From Octopus vulgaris (lineage: Eukaryota), in assembly GCA_951406725.2 (NCBI GenBank), contig OX597816.1, forward strand, positions 63,798,001-63,862,000: a stretch of DNA of 64,000 bases. Direction: 5' to 3'. The notes beneath the pieces were generated by a model, which saw only the letters and a list, made by a program, of their open reading frames with translations, was not told the DNA's origin and searched no databases. The position numbers were made by a program, and so were the translations under genes. Position 1 is the first letter of the stretch, and every line of letters begins with the position of its first letter. This document shows positions 14,266-28,973 of this stretch, in pieces.

Positions 14266-15503
14266 CATGTATATATGTATATGTAAAAAAAATACATACT
14301 GGGACAAGAACGCAAAACATTTAGAAGACGATACAAAAAACACGGACTTGACATTCGAAGCCTTCAATCTTCAGCCAAGAACCGGATCATCTTCGCAGTT
14401 TCGGCTGATTAATCTTGAGATTGCTCCGACCTGGCCAGCCCCAAAGGAAAATCTAAGCCAAGCGCATTAGATTCCTTGGAAGAAAGCCTCGAATGTATAC
14501 AATACAAGGACGGGAAAACGGACGATGTTACACGAATAAGAATACAAAAATATGTAAAAACAATAATGATAACACGAATAAGAATACGAAAATACGTAAA
14601 AACAAAAATGATAATAATAATAACAAAAACAGGACGTCACGGAGAGGCGTCGTTTCGACAGGACGAGTGAACTTTGAGCTGGCGCATTAGAAAAATGCTT
14701 TGGGGCAAAGAGAGAAAAAATGTATCTTGCCGCTACGGCTGCTAACCACAAAATGGCCAGCTGTCGGTCAGTTAGTCACGTGTGAGGAGAAGAGAGAGGA
14801 AAAGAGGGACAGATGAAGAGAGAAAAAAGGGGAATGTGTGTGTGTGTATGTGTGTGTGTGTTCATTAAAATTGTGTGAGTCCTTTTACAAAGCCATGGTG
14901 CGTTTAGCGAATCTCTATGACTAAGGAAATATTTTGCGCGTTCCATTTGAAATTATATCGACGTAAAAATACCGATTAATTTAAGACATATGCAACACAC
15001 AAAAATTCGGGATGATTTTCTGCCTTTGTTATAAGAGGTTTATTTCAACTACGTAATGGTTATTAAAGGTTATATACATATATGTACATGCGTACATATA
15101 TATATACATACATGCATATATGGGTACAAGTCGTCAAGAAACGTGAACCAAATTGAAAACGAGAACATAAAAAACAAAAACATGGAAAACGAACTTTGTT
15201 TTCGAACAACGAAAGAAACAAATAGAAAAACGACACATGCAACATAAAGAGCAATCCCTTCCTCAGTTGTTCTGTGTTTTACCTACTTAGCGTTTCGAAC
15301 GTTGAGACAAGACGCTACTTCGTAAAAACAGTCGTTCCTGCAAAGCAAAATTAAATAAAATTTGGGATTTTGCGGAGAGTTAATGTGGTACCAAAAAACA
15401 GGACAGTGAGAACGAAACAGTAAAAACAAACGGTAAGGGCTGTTAATCCATAAGGATGAACGCTGTGGTGAACGCTGGAGACGGGAGACAGGCAAAAGTT
15501 GGT

Positions 15504-15532
<29 letters not shown>

Positions 15533-15534
<2 letters not shown>

Positions 15535-15720
15535 GGAAGGTTTACGAAAATAAACAAAAGACGAAGGCAGGTAGAGTACAAACAAATAATGTATTAGTAT
15601 GGCGCTCAGGAATAGAAATAAAAGAAGTCTTTTACGTTTCGAGCCTACGCTCTTCGACAGAAAGATACACAGAAAAGAAACAAGGAGAGAAAAAAATTGG
15701 GTGTAGGGGCTAACGATCCA
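15533..15720 (-). repeat. Solo Penelope terminal repeat with hammerhead-like motif, between (TA)n tracts
   Basis: Same repeat as 22815-22990. Reverse complement of 15628-15665 is TCTTT CTGTCGA A GAGC GTAG GCTC GAAAC GTA AAAGA. Confidence 0.8.
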
Positions 15721-15832
15721 ACATATATATATACATACATATATATATACACATATATTTATATATATATATACATATACATGCGCATATTAATAGATAT
15801 TTACACACATACACACACAAACACATATATAC

Positions 15833-15908
<76 letters not shown>

Positions 15909-18590
15909 GGACTGAGGGAAGGCATTCGAACCGTAGTGTGCTCACTTAACGTTTTCAGCCATTACACAATATATTTAAAGGTATTTTCCGAGCCAAAAGC
16001 CTATAAAACCGGTTTGGCAGATACTGTGGCGTAATCATTTCCTCCATCCCCGGGCATGACGTCGGTCTGTCACAAGATAACTCATTTTTACCGGCTGAGT
16101 GGAGTAACATGAAATGAAGTGCTTTGTTCTTAGAACACAACTCATTGTCCGGCTCAGGAATTGAAACCATAACTTTTAATCATGGCTGTAATACTCTAAC
16201 TACTAAACATTGCGCCAAATACAATAGTAAATACTGGTGAATTGTTAATAAAATGTATAAAATTAGAACATAGCTAACTAGAAACACAAAGCAATATCCA
16301 GAAACTGGCAATGTAAAGGGTCACATACTATAGAGAAATTGAATATCTTGTATATCTAACCTTATAAACGATAATGTTTATGGATTTAGTCAATATAATT
16401 AGAAGGCAATTAAATGGTTTTAAAGGGCAAATTATCTTATAGACTACGTCAATGCGCTATCAAATGACACATTAAATATCACAAGAAAAACCCTTGATTA
16501 AAACAACTTTTGGCAAGCATCGCTGTTTTGTAACAATATCAAACATAGGCGTAAGGCCATATTTTCTGTTCTTTGCGAAGAAGAAGTATTCGTTTAAAAT
16601 GATCTCATCTCAATATTTAAACGCTGCCAGAATTGTTAGCGAACCGGGCAAAATGTTTAGCGGCATTTCGTTATGAGTTCAAATGCCGCCAAGGTCGACT
16701 TCGTCATTCATGCTTCGGGCTCGATAAAATAACTATCAGTTGTATACTGGGTTCATATAATCGATTTGTCCCTTCCAACGAAATTGCTGGCCCTGTGCCA
16801 AAATTTGTAATCAATGTTTAATCGGTACCTAGGGCGGAGAGCTGGTAGAATTTTTAGCACGCTGGGCAAAATGCTTAGCGGCATTTCGTCTGTCTTTACG
16901 TTATATGCTCAAATGCCGCCGAGATCGTCTTCGCCTTTCATTCTTTCAGGGTCGATAAAATAAATACCAGTTGAGGACTGGAGTTGATGCAAAACTTCTG
17001 GCCTTGAGCCAAAATTTGTAACTAATAATTTACTTCAACTTTATTTTATCGAATCTTATTTTCTTATTGCCCACAAGGGGCTAAACATAGAGGGGACAAA
17101 CACGGACAAACAAAGGGATTAAGTCGATTACATCGACCCCAGTGCGTAACTGGTACTTAATTTATCGACCTCGAAAGGATGAAAGGCAAAGTCGACCTCG
17201 GTGGAATTTGAACCTTGAACGTAACGGCAGACGAAATACCGCTAAGCATTTCGCCCGGCGTGCTAACGTTTCTGCCAGTTCAACGCCATCTTTATTTTAT
17301 CGAATCTGGTTGCATGAAAGGCTAAATTGGTCTCGTGAGAGAGAATAGAACGCAAACTCGAACAAATTATCAAAGTACAACTCATCAAGGATCCACTGCT
17401 GGTTGTGTAGATATTATGAACGACATCATGAATAACAGCTTGCAATTCATCTATCAAAACTGAGGTAAACAGAACAGTAGTTACGTGCGAGTTTGGTTCT
17501 ATCCAATATTTCAAACCCTTTGTGTATGCCAATTATGTTTGGAGCTCTGTCAAATTCCAACACTATTTGCAAGAAATTCCCTGAAATTTTAAATATGTCG
17601 TTTTTGCTAATGGAGCCAATTGTTTTAATTTTCTTGAGAAACAAAAAAAAAATTGTTTGGATATATTCAACAAAACATCAATAAACTGTATCATATGAGA
17701 ATGACAGCTTTCCAGTTTCACTGGTTGCTTCATTCTCGAAATATTTTCTCCAATTATTCCCTGGACTAATTATTCCCTTGACTCTAATTATTCCCTTTAA
17801 ACTAGGATATTAAAAATCTAGTCAAATGATTATTTCGTGAACCATTAACGTTTTCAGCGGGAGAAAAGTCTTCATTTATTAATTCACAAGAAGCTTCCTA
17901 AAATAAGTTCGCGTGCTTTCTGCTAATTGTGAGAGTTTATTTGTAAATTTGTCCTGCAATTTACTAGAAAAAATTACATTGTTTTTTAATTGCTTTTCCA
18001 AAGGGAGACACTAAGAAAAGCGGATTTCTCCATGCTCAGGCTAGTAAGATCGTGTGATAAATAATACTAGCTACTCTTTCTGTCCACACATACACTTTTC
18101 ACGTCTTGATGCCGTTACTTCTGGGCTGGGCTGTGTTACTACAAAATAACTTTCACTAAATCACTAAGATAATATACTTGAGCATACATATTGTCTATTG
18201 CTTCATTTTCCTACGCCGAAATGCTTTCATCACGAGTTTTAAAAACGTATCTATTCATTTCCACTGCTATTCAAATTTAAATATAATTAAACGAACACTA
18301 CAATGGAATGTAATTTAAGTTTCTAAAAGTTGACTGAATTGCACAGGTATAATTCAGGGAAGCTATCTTTTAAAGGTTGAGTTAACTTGTAGCTTTCATT
18401 TTCCTTCTCATTTAACTCCATGTTTTTGCACTGGTTTTCTTTATAAGAATAGAGAAAATGTGTTCATTGTTACATTAATTACTTTTTATCACGACCCTCA
18501 TTCTGCTGCGGCACAGTGGATAACAATTTCTGGAATGTGATGTATGTATGTGCATGGGTATCTGCTTGTGCCTGCGTGTATGTATGCATG

Positions 18591-18652
<62 letters not shown>

Positions 18653-18702
18653 TATATATAAAGTTAAGGAGATTGGTACATACATTTAGTCGCACACACA
18701 TA

Positions 18703-19457
18703 CAGGGTGTCCCAAATTTAACTGATGGGTTTCAATTTTTAATAACTGCCTTATCCTTACAAATAAATGCATGAGACCTTGCTGCAATATAAAGCATATA
18801 ACGGAAATAAAACGCACAAGTCAAATTTTTTAAGACCACATCACATATGAAAAGTTACATCGCTTAAATGCCAGCCATTTTTGGGTTCGGACACCCGTGC
18901 TCTTTCTAAATCTTGCAACATATCACCACGAAGTCTGGGGGAAGTGAAGGCCAGTTGACATTGCCGTAGCGGAATATCATTCTCTCTCCAAATCACTGCC
19001 ATAGTAACTACATTATTTTTCTTGCGGTATGAGCAGTTGTCCCATCTTCCTGGAACTGTGTGAGGTCTACTTTGAATGACCTTTAAATTCTCCAGACTTG
19101 ACTAGCTTGCATTTTGTCTTGTGAGGTTAACTGAAGGAAAGGGTTTATATCAAGTAACCGGAGACCCTGGTGAAACTGAAGTAGAAAATCAATAGGGAAA
19201 TCAGAGAAATGGGGTCTGACACTCTTAAGGGTCTTAGGGTTCAAGTTTTGGGAAGTGCACGGGTGTGCGAAGCCAAAAATGGCTGGCATTTAAGCGATGT
19301 CATTTTTCATTTGTGTTGTAGTAGCGTTTCACAATTTGACTGGTGCATATTCGTTTCCTCTGTATTCTTTATAATGCTTCAAAGTTTCAAGATTTTATTT
19401 GTACAGTTCAGGAAGTTATTAAGAATTGAAAACCGTCAGTCACATTTGGGACACTAT
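18703..19457 (-). mobile_element. Internally deleted Tc1/mariner DNA transposon with about 200-bp TIRs
   Basis: Ends are TA|CAGGGTGTCCCAAAT ... ATTTGGGACAC. Inner arms atcgcttaaatgccagccatttttgg and ccaaaaatggctggcatttaagcgat. Minus-strand transposase remnants FQEDGTTAHTAR and FGERMIFRYGNVNWPSLP resemble FQQDGA.AH and WPPRSPDL. Confidence 0.85.
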
Positions 19458-19476
19458 CTCTATATATCTATATCTA

Positions 19477-19613
<137 letters not shown>

Positions 19614-19621
19614 CTCTATCT

Positions 19622-19676
<55 letters not shown>

Positions 19677-19839
19677 GAGAGAGAAAGAGAGGGAGAAAGA
19701 GGAGAGATAGATAGATACAGAGAAGAAGAGAGAATCCTATATAAATAAGGATAAGATCGTTATTTTAAATAACGATCAAATCAAGTAGCAGCATAGGAAG
19801 GGAAAACCTTATTGTTTATTTTTATTATTAAAATTATAA

Positions 19840-20107
19840 ATAAGGTTATCTAAGAGATAGTAGCCAAAACTTGACTGTAAAACCACATCATGTATTCACT
19901 ATAGCACAAGGTGAAGGGACAAATAGTTAAATAAACTAGTAAAAATTGGATAATTACAGAAATTCAGGGTCTAGAGTTACCCAGTTTTTACTAGTTTACT
20001 CATCTATTTGTATTTTCACTTTCTGCTGTATTGAATACATGATGTAAATTCAGAGTCAAGTTTTGACTGCTATTTCAAGCATGCTGATATTTCTTAGATA
20101 CCCTTAT
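19840..20107. repeat. Degenerate foldback MITE
   Basis: ataaggttatctaag...acatcatgtattca...taaactagtaaaaattgg pairs with ccagtttttactagttta...tgaatacatgatgt...cttagatacccttat. Confidence 0.8.
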
Positions 20108-20519
20108 GTATATATATATACATAATCAAAATAAGCAACAAGGATATCCAAGGTAGAGTAGTACAATTATTTCATGCTACTTCATTTTATTAAACACTGT
20201 AAGTATTTACATCAGTTTTAAAATGTCGAGCAATCTTCAGCCACATATAGTATTTTCCAATTAAACGGACAATGCACATTTTTATCCCTATTTCATTTGC
20301 CAACATTGCAAAGAGGGTAGATATTTAGACAGAATATATCCATACGCACACGCATATATGTGTGTTTGCGTGCTTGTGCGTGTGTGTGCGTGCGTGTGTT
20401 TGTGTGTCTGTGTCTGTTTGTGAGTGTGCGTGTAATTGTCCTCACATTCTCAGTAGGCCTCTTATTGTCTACTTAACTTGCTTTTCATCTCGCTTATTCA
20501 GTTCGTTTAGCCATTCGAA

Positions 20520-20622
<103 letters not shown>

Positions 20623-21424
20623 CAAAGGAAGGTAAATAAGGAAACCCAATGAGAAAGAAGAATGCAGATTTGAAAGGAATATAGCAGGAAAATGTTGGCA
20701 AAAATAACATAAAAAAGCGTTGCAGGGCAAGAAGTAGAACAGAGGAACTCAAGTGGGAAGAGTCTATGAAAGCAGGAAATAACAGGGAATACGGTCAGGG
20801 GAGACAGGCAAAACAAAGAAAATGAAATTTATATTATGAAAAATTATGAAAGACAGAGAAAAGTTATCACCAGGAGAAAGAGAATTTGATAGAAGGGAGT
20901 GGTGGTAAAAAAAGCAAGAAATAGACAGAAACGATAATAGAAAAGCGATGTAAGATTGCTTTAGGTCGAGAAATAGAAAGGATAAGTTGTAAGATGTATC
21001 AGGGAAAGGTAATTAGGGGTTAAAATGAGAAAATAATACTGATAAAATAAATATGCGAAGAATATAGTGAAGGCCGTATCCAATCATTCATTTCTCCTTC
21101 GAAATATAAGCATATAAGAATAAATCACACACACATACACACATACACAAACATGCGTACCCTCCGAAACGTAGAAACACGTGCGTACAATTAAGTCTCG
21201 TGTGTGTTTCTGTGTATGCATACATTGTTGGAATTAATCAACTTGAGTTTCTAATTGAACAATTTCCATGAAAAACTCATTGTTAAACGAAGTGTGATAT
21301 GTTACATGAAGCACTCACCTTCTCCGTTATCTACGCACATGCATATATAAACACACACACACACATTTTTATACTTATACACACACATACATAAATATAT
21401 ATGCATATATACATATATGTGTTT

Positions 21425-21468
<44 letters not shown>

Positions 21469-22723
21469 AACGAAGAAATATATAAGAAAGAAGAAAATAT
21501 TATGAACTCCTTCATCAGATGTCATCTATAAATCATCGCACTTTTGACTCATAATTCATTATTTTCATTCCAGCTTGCCCATAGCTTATTAAAATTGCAA
21601 GGACATTGTCGTGTGCGCATGGAGAAAACGAAAAATGCAAAACAAACCTGCTAAATGCGCAAGAGTTGAAACCGTATGTAATAATAACACAAGCTGCATG
21701 AAGGATCAGGAACATACGAAAAGAAATAAACTGGGAAATGCGTGTTAATACGATTTGATGATAAGCTCATGAAGGACAATACAAAAGGAAAAGAAACTGG
21801 GAAAATATAAAAGCATTTTTTCTTCGAGTAATATAATGCAAGAAGCAGAAAGTGTCCTATGGCGTTAATCAACATGCAGAGAAGGAAAGAGTTGACGTAC
21901 ATAAAGGGGAGCGAAAGCAGTGAAAAGATTTCTAGAAAACTGCATAAGCGTAGGAACTTTATGTATACTATAGATTACAGCAATTGCAGAAACATTCATA
22001 TTAGACTAATCTGAAATGTGCTGACAGACCGCGGATACACCAACATTAATTAAGACAACCGCAATAAATATGTTATTAAGCGATAATGTGTAAATTCTCA
22101 TGGTGGAACGTTTAGAAATATTCCCTTTTTACTTTCCCCAAAATTGAGAGAACGTGTATGTGTGGTTTTAGGCAGTTCATTAATATCTTGATATCAAATT
22201 TTGCTTCATATATTTATATGAGAATTGCGTGTTTCATGAATGTTGCCAGAGTATTCTCATTTTACTGACAGTATAATGTTAAGCCTAAGTCGCAAGATTA
22301 TTACTCTATTCTCCGATTGCAAAAAAATTCAAGTTTCAAAGCTGGACGCTAGGAGAATTTAGCTGTTGAACCAGTAAATTCTTTTGGCTGTTGTTCACAA
22401 TGAGATGAAAAGTACAAAATATAGAATAATTTGTAAATTGCGAATACATTTTCGAAATGAGGTTACAGCGGGATGACTACATACGTATATTTCATTATAC
22501 ACAGTTTTTCTATCCACGTAGCAATTTAGCAATCTTGGTAAAGCGTCGAGTAGATTGCAAAATTAACTTCAGTGGGACTTGAAATCGATTAGCTTACAGT
22601 GAAAACAAATGCTTAAAGGCATTCAATTTGACGGCTTACCGAATTTTTCTCTGTCTATCTAACTCTCTCTGTCACTGTCTCTGTCTGTATGCCTGTCTTT
22701 CCCTCTATATATAGAAATATTCT

Positions 22724-22755
<32 letters not shown>

Positions 22756-22814
22756 ATGTACACACACACATACACACACATACACACACACATACACACG
22801 CACATATATATAGT

Positions 22815-23675
22815 TGAAATTTACAGAAAAAACAAGTGACTAAGACAGTTGTATACGTAACAAGCAGGTGTATTAGTTTGACGCTCGGGAAGGTGAGAAA
22901 GTCTTTTACGTTTCGAGCTTACGCTCTTCCACAGAAAGGAACATGATGAAATAAACAGAGAGAGAATAAAAAGCAGGGAAAGAATAAAGGAAAACTATTG
23001 GAGTTAGCGTTCAATCATGGTGACTGGTCGGACAAAGGTAGTTAGACAGGAGAGCTAGGAAGAAGGAGAGATAATAAAGTAATGGTGATCCCAAAATGAA
23101 GGTGCGCGTGCGTATGTGTATGTGAGAGTATGAAAGTGTGTGCGTGTGGATAGAGGCTGGTGATTTTGACGTGTGGATGTGTACGTGTGTGTGTGAGTCT
23201 ATAATGTGCGGGTGTGTGAAGATGGTGTAGGTACTGGGAAGTGGTCAGTGCTAGTGTGTTCGGAATGGTGTGGGAATGGTGTGCCGGTGCTGGGATGTGG
23301 GGATATGAGGGTGGGGTATGGGTTTTGAGTGAGGACGTGAGGGTGAGGATGTGCGTGTAGGGATGGGGTACGTGAGAGTGGGATGTTTAGGGATAGATGG
23401 TGGATGGAAGAAGGTGGGTAGGAGTGAAGAGAAGAGTTGAGCCCATTTGGTGCAAAAGAGCGAAGAGAGAAGATTAATTCTTGTTCACGACGAAGGCGGG
23501 AGTCCTGTGCAAAGTCAATCCGAACACAGACAGGTGTTGTAATGAATGGGCAGTAGAGCGGAAATGGCGCGAGAAGGGTGTTACATGAACTGGTCAACCA
23601 AGGGGCGTCCCGTTTGACCGATGTGCAGTGGAGAAGAGAAAGAGCAGAAGATGCAGTAAATGACGTTACGGTGTT
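22815..23675 (-). mobile_element. Penelope-like element 3' part (GIY-YIG remnant, 3' region and terminal repeat), second family
   Basis: Minus-strand translation NVIYCIFCSFSSPLHIGQTGRPL, SRHFRSTAHSLQHLSVFGL and RLRREQELIFSLRSFAPNGLN, followed by the hammerhead-bearing repeat at 22815-22990 abutting (TA)n. Confidence 0.85.
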
Positions 23676-23841
23676 TGCATGTATTCATGCACAGTCACAA
23701 ACAGATATTCACATACAAGCATCCTTGCACATATATGCAAGTACACACATACGCAAGTATGTGAGAGTGCGTATGTGTGTATGTTTGTATACACGAATGT
23801 ATATTCTTATATATTGCTCTCTCTCTCTCTCTCTCTCTCTC

Positions 23842-23894
<53 letters not shown>

Positions 23895-24251
23895 TACTTT
23901 TTAATTTTTATATATACATCTTTTACTTGTTTCAAAAAAAGTTATATATAAAAAGAGCATTTCAAACACAATAAATTCATTTATAATACACAACGACAGA
24001 CATGCATGTATAGTTGATATATAGTCATGTATAGTTGATATATAGTTTGAAGTATATTTCAAAGTGTTCGATGGTGGCCCACGGTGGCGATACGTATTCA
24101 ATACAAAAAACAGATCAAAGTGGTGGAAAGCGGTCAATACAGAAGATTGATGTTTCCGAAAGAGCGAGAATTCATTTTTACCTTAAGAATTGTGATGACC
24201 CATGGTGGAAGTTCGCTGGGTGGTTCGCTGTGCGTGTAGGGATGGGGTACC

Positions 24252-24607
24252 TCTCTTTTACTTGTTTCAGTCATTTGACTGCGGCCATGCTGGAGCACCG
24301 CCTTTAATCGAGCAACTCGACCCCGGGACTTATTCTTTTTGTAAGCCCAGTACTTATTCTATCGGTCTCTTTTGCCGAACCGCTAAGTAACGGGGACATA
24401 AACACACCAGCATCGGTTGTCAAGCAATGCTAGAAGGACAAACACAGACACACAAACACACACACATGCATATACATATATATACATATATACGACAGGC
24501 TTCTTTCAGTTTCCGCTTACCAAATCCACTCACAAGGCATTGGTCGGCCCGAGCCTATAGCAGAAGACACTTGCCCAAGATGCCACGCAGTGGGACTGAA
24601 CCCGGAA

Positions 24608-24609
<2 letters not shown>
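24252..24609 (-). mobile_element. SINE family A copy
   Basis: Reverse complement of the family A sequence. Its middle part is duplicated again at about 24775-24886. Confidence 0.85.
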
Positions 24610-24674
<65 letters not shown>

Positions 24675-25018
24675 CACCTATATGCGTGCGTGCATAGCAA
24701 TATAACACACACATACATGTTTGCATACACGAAAATGTATATATATATACATATACGTCGCATGTACTTATGTACATAAACACACCAGCATCGGTTGTCA
24801 AGCAATGCTAGAAGGACAAACACAGACACACAAACACACACACATGCATATACATATATATATCTATATACGACAGGCTTCTTTCTGTATCGCGAACAGT
24901 GAAAACGAATGGATAAGTGTCGATAAAAGAAAGTGACACAGTAATAGAAAGACAGTTAGCAAAAACGATAGAAAATAAACAGATACATAGATATGTATGT
25001 ATGCTTGTATGCATATGT

Positions 25019-25167
<149 letters not shown>

Positions 25168-25512
25168 ATATATCTATGAACACGTGGGAGAAAGACAAAC
25201 TTAAAGAGGAGGGAGTAAAATAAGAGAGAAAATAAAAGAGGGATGAGGGAGACATCATCCATTAGTATAATTTAATTTACTTACTCTAGACACCTCAATC
25301 ACTTATTTCTTTTAATAAAGTTATTTTTGCATTTTGTTTTATAGAGCGTTGTCTTTCTAATTTTTAGGTGGTGACTGGAAGTTGAAGGCGGTGGTTGTAG
25401 AGTTGGTTGGCAGTGGTGCGCGTGGGGGTTATTTTAAATTGTAGTTCGATATACAGTTTTAGTTTTGTTTGTTTTTGTTGTACAATTTATTCTCCTGTTT
25501 TTGACGTACATT

Positions 25513-25592
<80 letters not shown>

Positions 25593-27291
25593 GTCGTTGT
25601 TGTTGTTGTTATTGTCGTTGTCGTTATTATTATTATTATTATTATTATTATTGCATTTTTTGTTAGTTATTATCTGTTCAGTTGTAACTCTTACAACTTT
25701 CAAAACTAGCATTAAAATATAAAAAAATACAATAACAATAATAAAAAAAGTATTTTGCTGATAATTATGGCTGACAGGCAATAATTGCTGCTGTTTTTTT
25801 ATTTTGTAGTTGATGTTGATGCTTCAGGTGTTGTTTTTCATGCTGTTGTGGATGGTAGTGATCATGATTTTGATGACTAGCATTTAAAAAAAAATATGCT
25901 TTTGAACCATCATTTCGGTAGTAGTAGTAGCAGCAGCAACAGCCGCCTTAATAGTAGTAACAATGTTTATTGTTATTGATGTTGTGTAGCGATGTGAGTT
26001 TTGTAGATATTTATTGGTAAATATTGTTGTAATTGCTGTTATTGTCATTTCAGGAATATAGATTCATTTAGCCCTCTCTTTGTTGTTACTGCTGTTAGCA
26101 CCAATATTATTTGTGTTGTTGTTGCTGTTGTTGTCGATGCTGCTTCCGCTTCTCCCCATGTATACGTTCATGCACGCGTTCAAACATTCATATATGGTAC
26201 TGTTGTAGTTGTTATTGCTGTTTATTTTTCTGTTGAAAGTCCTCATTTTCCTCGTTCTTGTCCCTGTCGTTGACTTTGCTTTTGTTATTATTCTCGTTCT
26301 CAATGTTATAATTGTAGTTGTTGTCGTTGCTGGTGTTTCTCTTTTTGCTTTTGTTGTTGTTGCTGATATTTAATATGACTCACAAGAGTAATACAATTCC
26401 TTAGAATATTAAAGCGAAGAACAGAAAAAAAAAGTTATGTGCAGCTAATCTAATTTTATTCCATCACTCTATACAGCCCGCTTTTTTTTTCTTTTACTTT
26501 TGCAGAATGTAAATTGTCACGGGAAGGATGAAATACTCTGTTGAAATGAAAAAAGTAAACAATATCTAGGAAAAAAAATAAATGATGAAACAATGGGAAA
26601 ATGGAAGATAAAATACAGAAGAAAAGATTAGAATGTCAATGAAGAAAATATAAATAAATGACAATGTACAGCAAAGAAACGATAAAGGAAAACTAAATAT
26701 GAACAACATTACGTGGAATTAGAAAAAACAGTCTTACTGATAAAAAATTCAAACAAATATCTAAAGACGAAGATGGATCAGGAGGTGACGTTGCATGCAA
26801 TCAAACATGGAATTAAAAATGTAGTCAAACAAACGAATATACACGTAGACAAGGTGGAAGAAAGATATGTACATAAACATGAAAGATATCTGAGTGAGAA
26901 ACATTTTGTCGCTGTTTCTCTTGTTATTGTTGTACAGTCCCAAGCCGACCCGAGCAAACAGATACAGGCCTAAAGGCATTTCAGCTATGACCATTTCATC
27001 TATTTTTGAGGCTACGTTATCTGGTGTGAGCTTCTTTTTTCGTACACTAGAATGTGATTTGAAGGATAAGCCTATTTCTAATAGATTGTGTGACCACCTT
27101 AAAGGGTCTCTCTTCGACTCGAGTGGAAATCTATTAAACAGAATAAGATCCGGATTCATAGAAAAGTAAATTGATAGTGACTGCATAACCATCTGCGAAT
27201 AACGTTTGCTGTCTCACTATTGCTTTTTCTGAGGCACCATAGTCTGAAGCACCAACTTCTCTTCCTCTTCACTTTAACTGAGACTGTTGGC

Positions 27292-27434
27292 ATGAATTAT
27301 GTACATTATTTACAATCTTGTTTGTTGTTAACTCAACGTTACGGCTAATATACCCTCCACCCTTCATGAGGTGTCTTGGGAGAATTTCGAACCTGGGTTC
27401 TCATTCCTAAGATATTTTTCGATGTTGTTATTGC

Positions 27435-27491
<57 letters not shown>

Positions 27492-28318
27492 CATTATTAT
27501 TGTTGTTGTTATTATTATTATTATTATTATTCAGGTCACTGCTTGGAATCGTACTCGGAATCTTGGCGTTAGTAGCCCGCGCTCTTAACCACTACGCCAT
27601 ATGTCAATATCTCCCTGTGCCACAGCTTTGCGATGTTCCTCTATCCTTATTTTGAGTGGGAGGCATGTTTGGCGCTTGTATAACCTACCACTTCGAGTAA
27701 AACCACCAGTAGAAGAGAACATGACTAAGAACTGCGTGTACTCCATCCCATGCAGCTGTGGTAGGTTATACAAAGGCGTAACATGCCGCCCGCTCAAAAT
27801 AAAGGTAGAGGAACATCGCAAAGCTGTGACACGAGGAGATATTGATAAATCGGGTATAGCTGATCATGTATGGAAAAATGGAGACCACCTCCCCCTGAAA
27901 ATACGAAAACTAAAAGAAGCAGCACATATGCCAGGACACTATAACCTCCTAAACAAACCGAGTGCAGATATGAACAGCATATGGGAACCGGTATCAAGGA
28001 AGGATAGGAGAATATTAGATTTATAAGCCCTAAAAATTCACTCCATAATCGCCCACGGGCATATGGCGTAGTGGTTAAGAGCGCGGGCTCCTAACCCCAA
28101 GACCTGAATAATAATAATGATAATAATAATAATAATAATAATGATGATGATGATAATAACAACAACATCGAAAAATTCCTTAGGAATGAGAACCCAGGTT
28201 CGAAATTTCCCCAAGCCATCTGATGAAGGGTGGAAGGTATATCAGCCGAAACGTTGTGTTAACAAGAAACAAGATGAGGACAAATATCTGTCAAATATGA
28301 ATAATGTAAATAATGTAC
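27292..28318. mobile_element. Penelope-like element (GIY-YIG) fragment with an inverted, palindromic terminal repeat
   Basis: + ORF 27601-28026 contains NCVYSIPCSCGRLYKGVTCRPLKIKVEEHRK...KSGIADHVW...RKLKEA. The - strand (27585-27821) repeats GRLYKRQTCLPLKIRIEEHRKAV. Segment 27292-27605 is the reverse complement of about 28055-28318. Confidence 0.88.
28214..28260 (+). ncRNA. Minimal type I hammerhead ribozyme motif in the Penelope terminal repeat
   Basis: CTGATGA (28220-26)-A-GGGTG..CAGCC (imperfect stem II)-GAAAC-GTT-GTGT. The mirror copy keeps ACAC for stem I, while this copy has a weakened stem I. Confidence 0.6.
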
Positions 28319-28744
28319 TTGTGCGTATGTCTTTATACTTCATATTCGACTGGACCCTGCGTCATGTGTTACCATACACTTATTTATCACGTTGCACCCA
28401 TAAGTACCTTGCTTATAGATATATTTACAAATACTTCGTCTACAGTCATTTACTTCTGTTCTATAACATACAAACGGTTAGAATCCGGATAACCTAGTTA
28501 CCCATTGATATGTATGTCTAAAAATGCCGGCGATTTTTCATCTCTTTCATGTTTTCTACAAGCATCAGTTCAGTGGTATTCTAAATCAAGTGAAAAGTTT
28601 GTTGTAGGCGCTATGACAGAATGCTTTACACAGCAACTCGATTCGCTGTAATTATAATCGAATTTCCACTTTATGATAAGAAAGAACGGACTGAATAAGA
28701 TATCTATCGATCTGGGACCAAGCAACACTGCGAGCTTTTAGCCT

Positions 28745-28775
<31 letters not shown>

Positions 28776-28886
28776 TGCACATACACACACTCACACACAC
28801 ATACATGCATATACTCACATACGTCCATAGATTCACACAGGCACACATTTGTATGTATATCTTCCACACGCAAGTAGGATAGATAG

Positions 28887-28973
<87 letters not shown>

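Noticed and set aside
14345-14410. CTGAAGA...GAA motif on the minus strand
   Set aside because: Lacks GAAA and a workable stem III and cleavage triplet; not called as a hammerhead.
14529-14615. 42-bp tandem duplication, and other repeat-spacer-like patterns
   Set aside because: Only two adjacent units with no unique spacers, in a eukaryotic context. There is no CRISPR array or cas gene in the window.
15288-15350. GAACG...CGTTC-GAAAC stem on the minus strand, hammerhead-like
   Set aside because: No recognisable CUGANGA core upstream of the stem.
28058-28105. tRNA-like sequences here and at SINE heads
   Set aside because: A/B boxes are present, but there is no complete cloverleaf or acceptor stem; they are repeat-derived and not called as tRNA genes.
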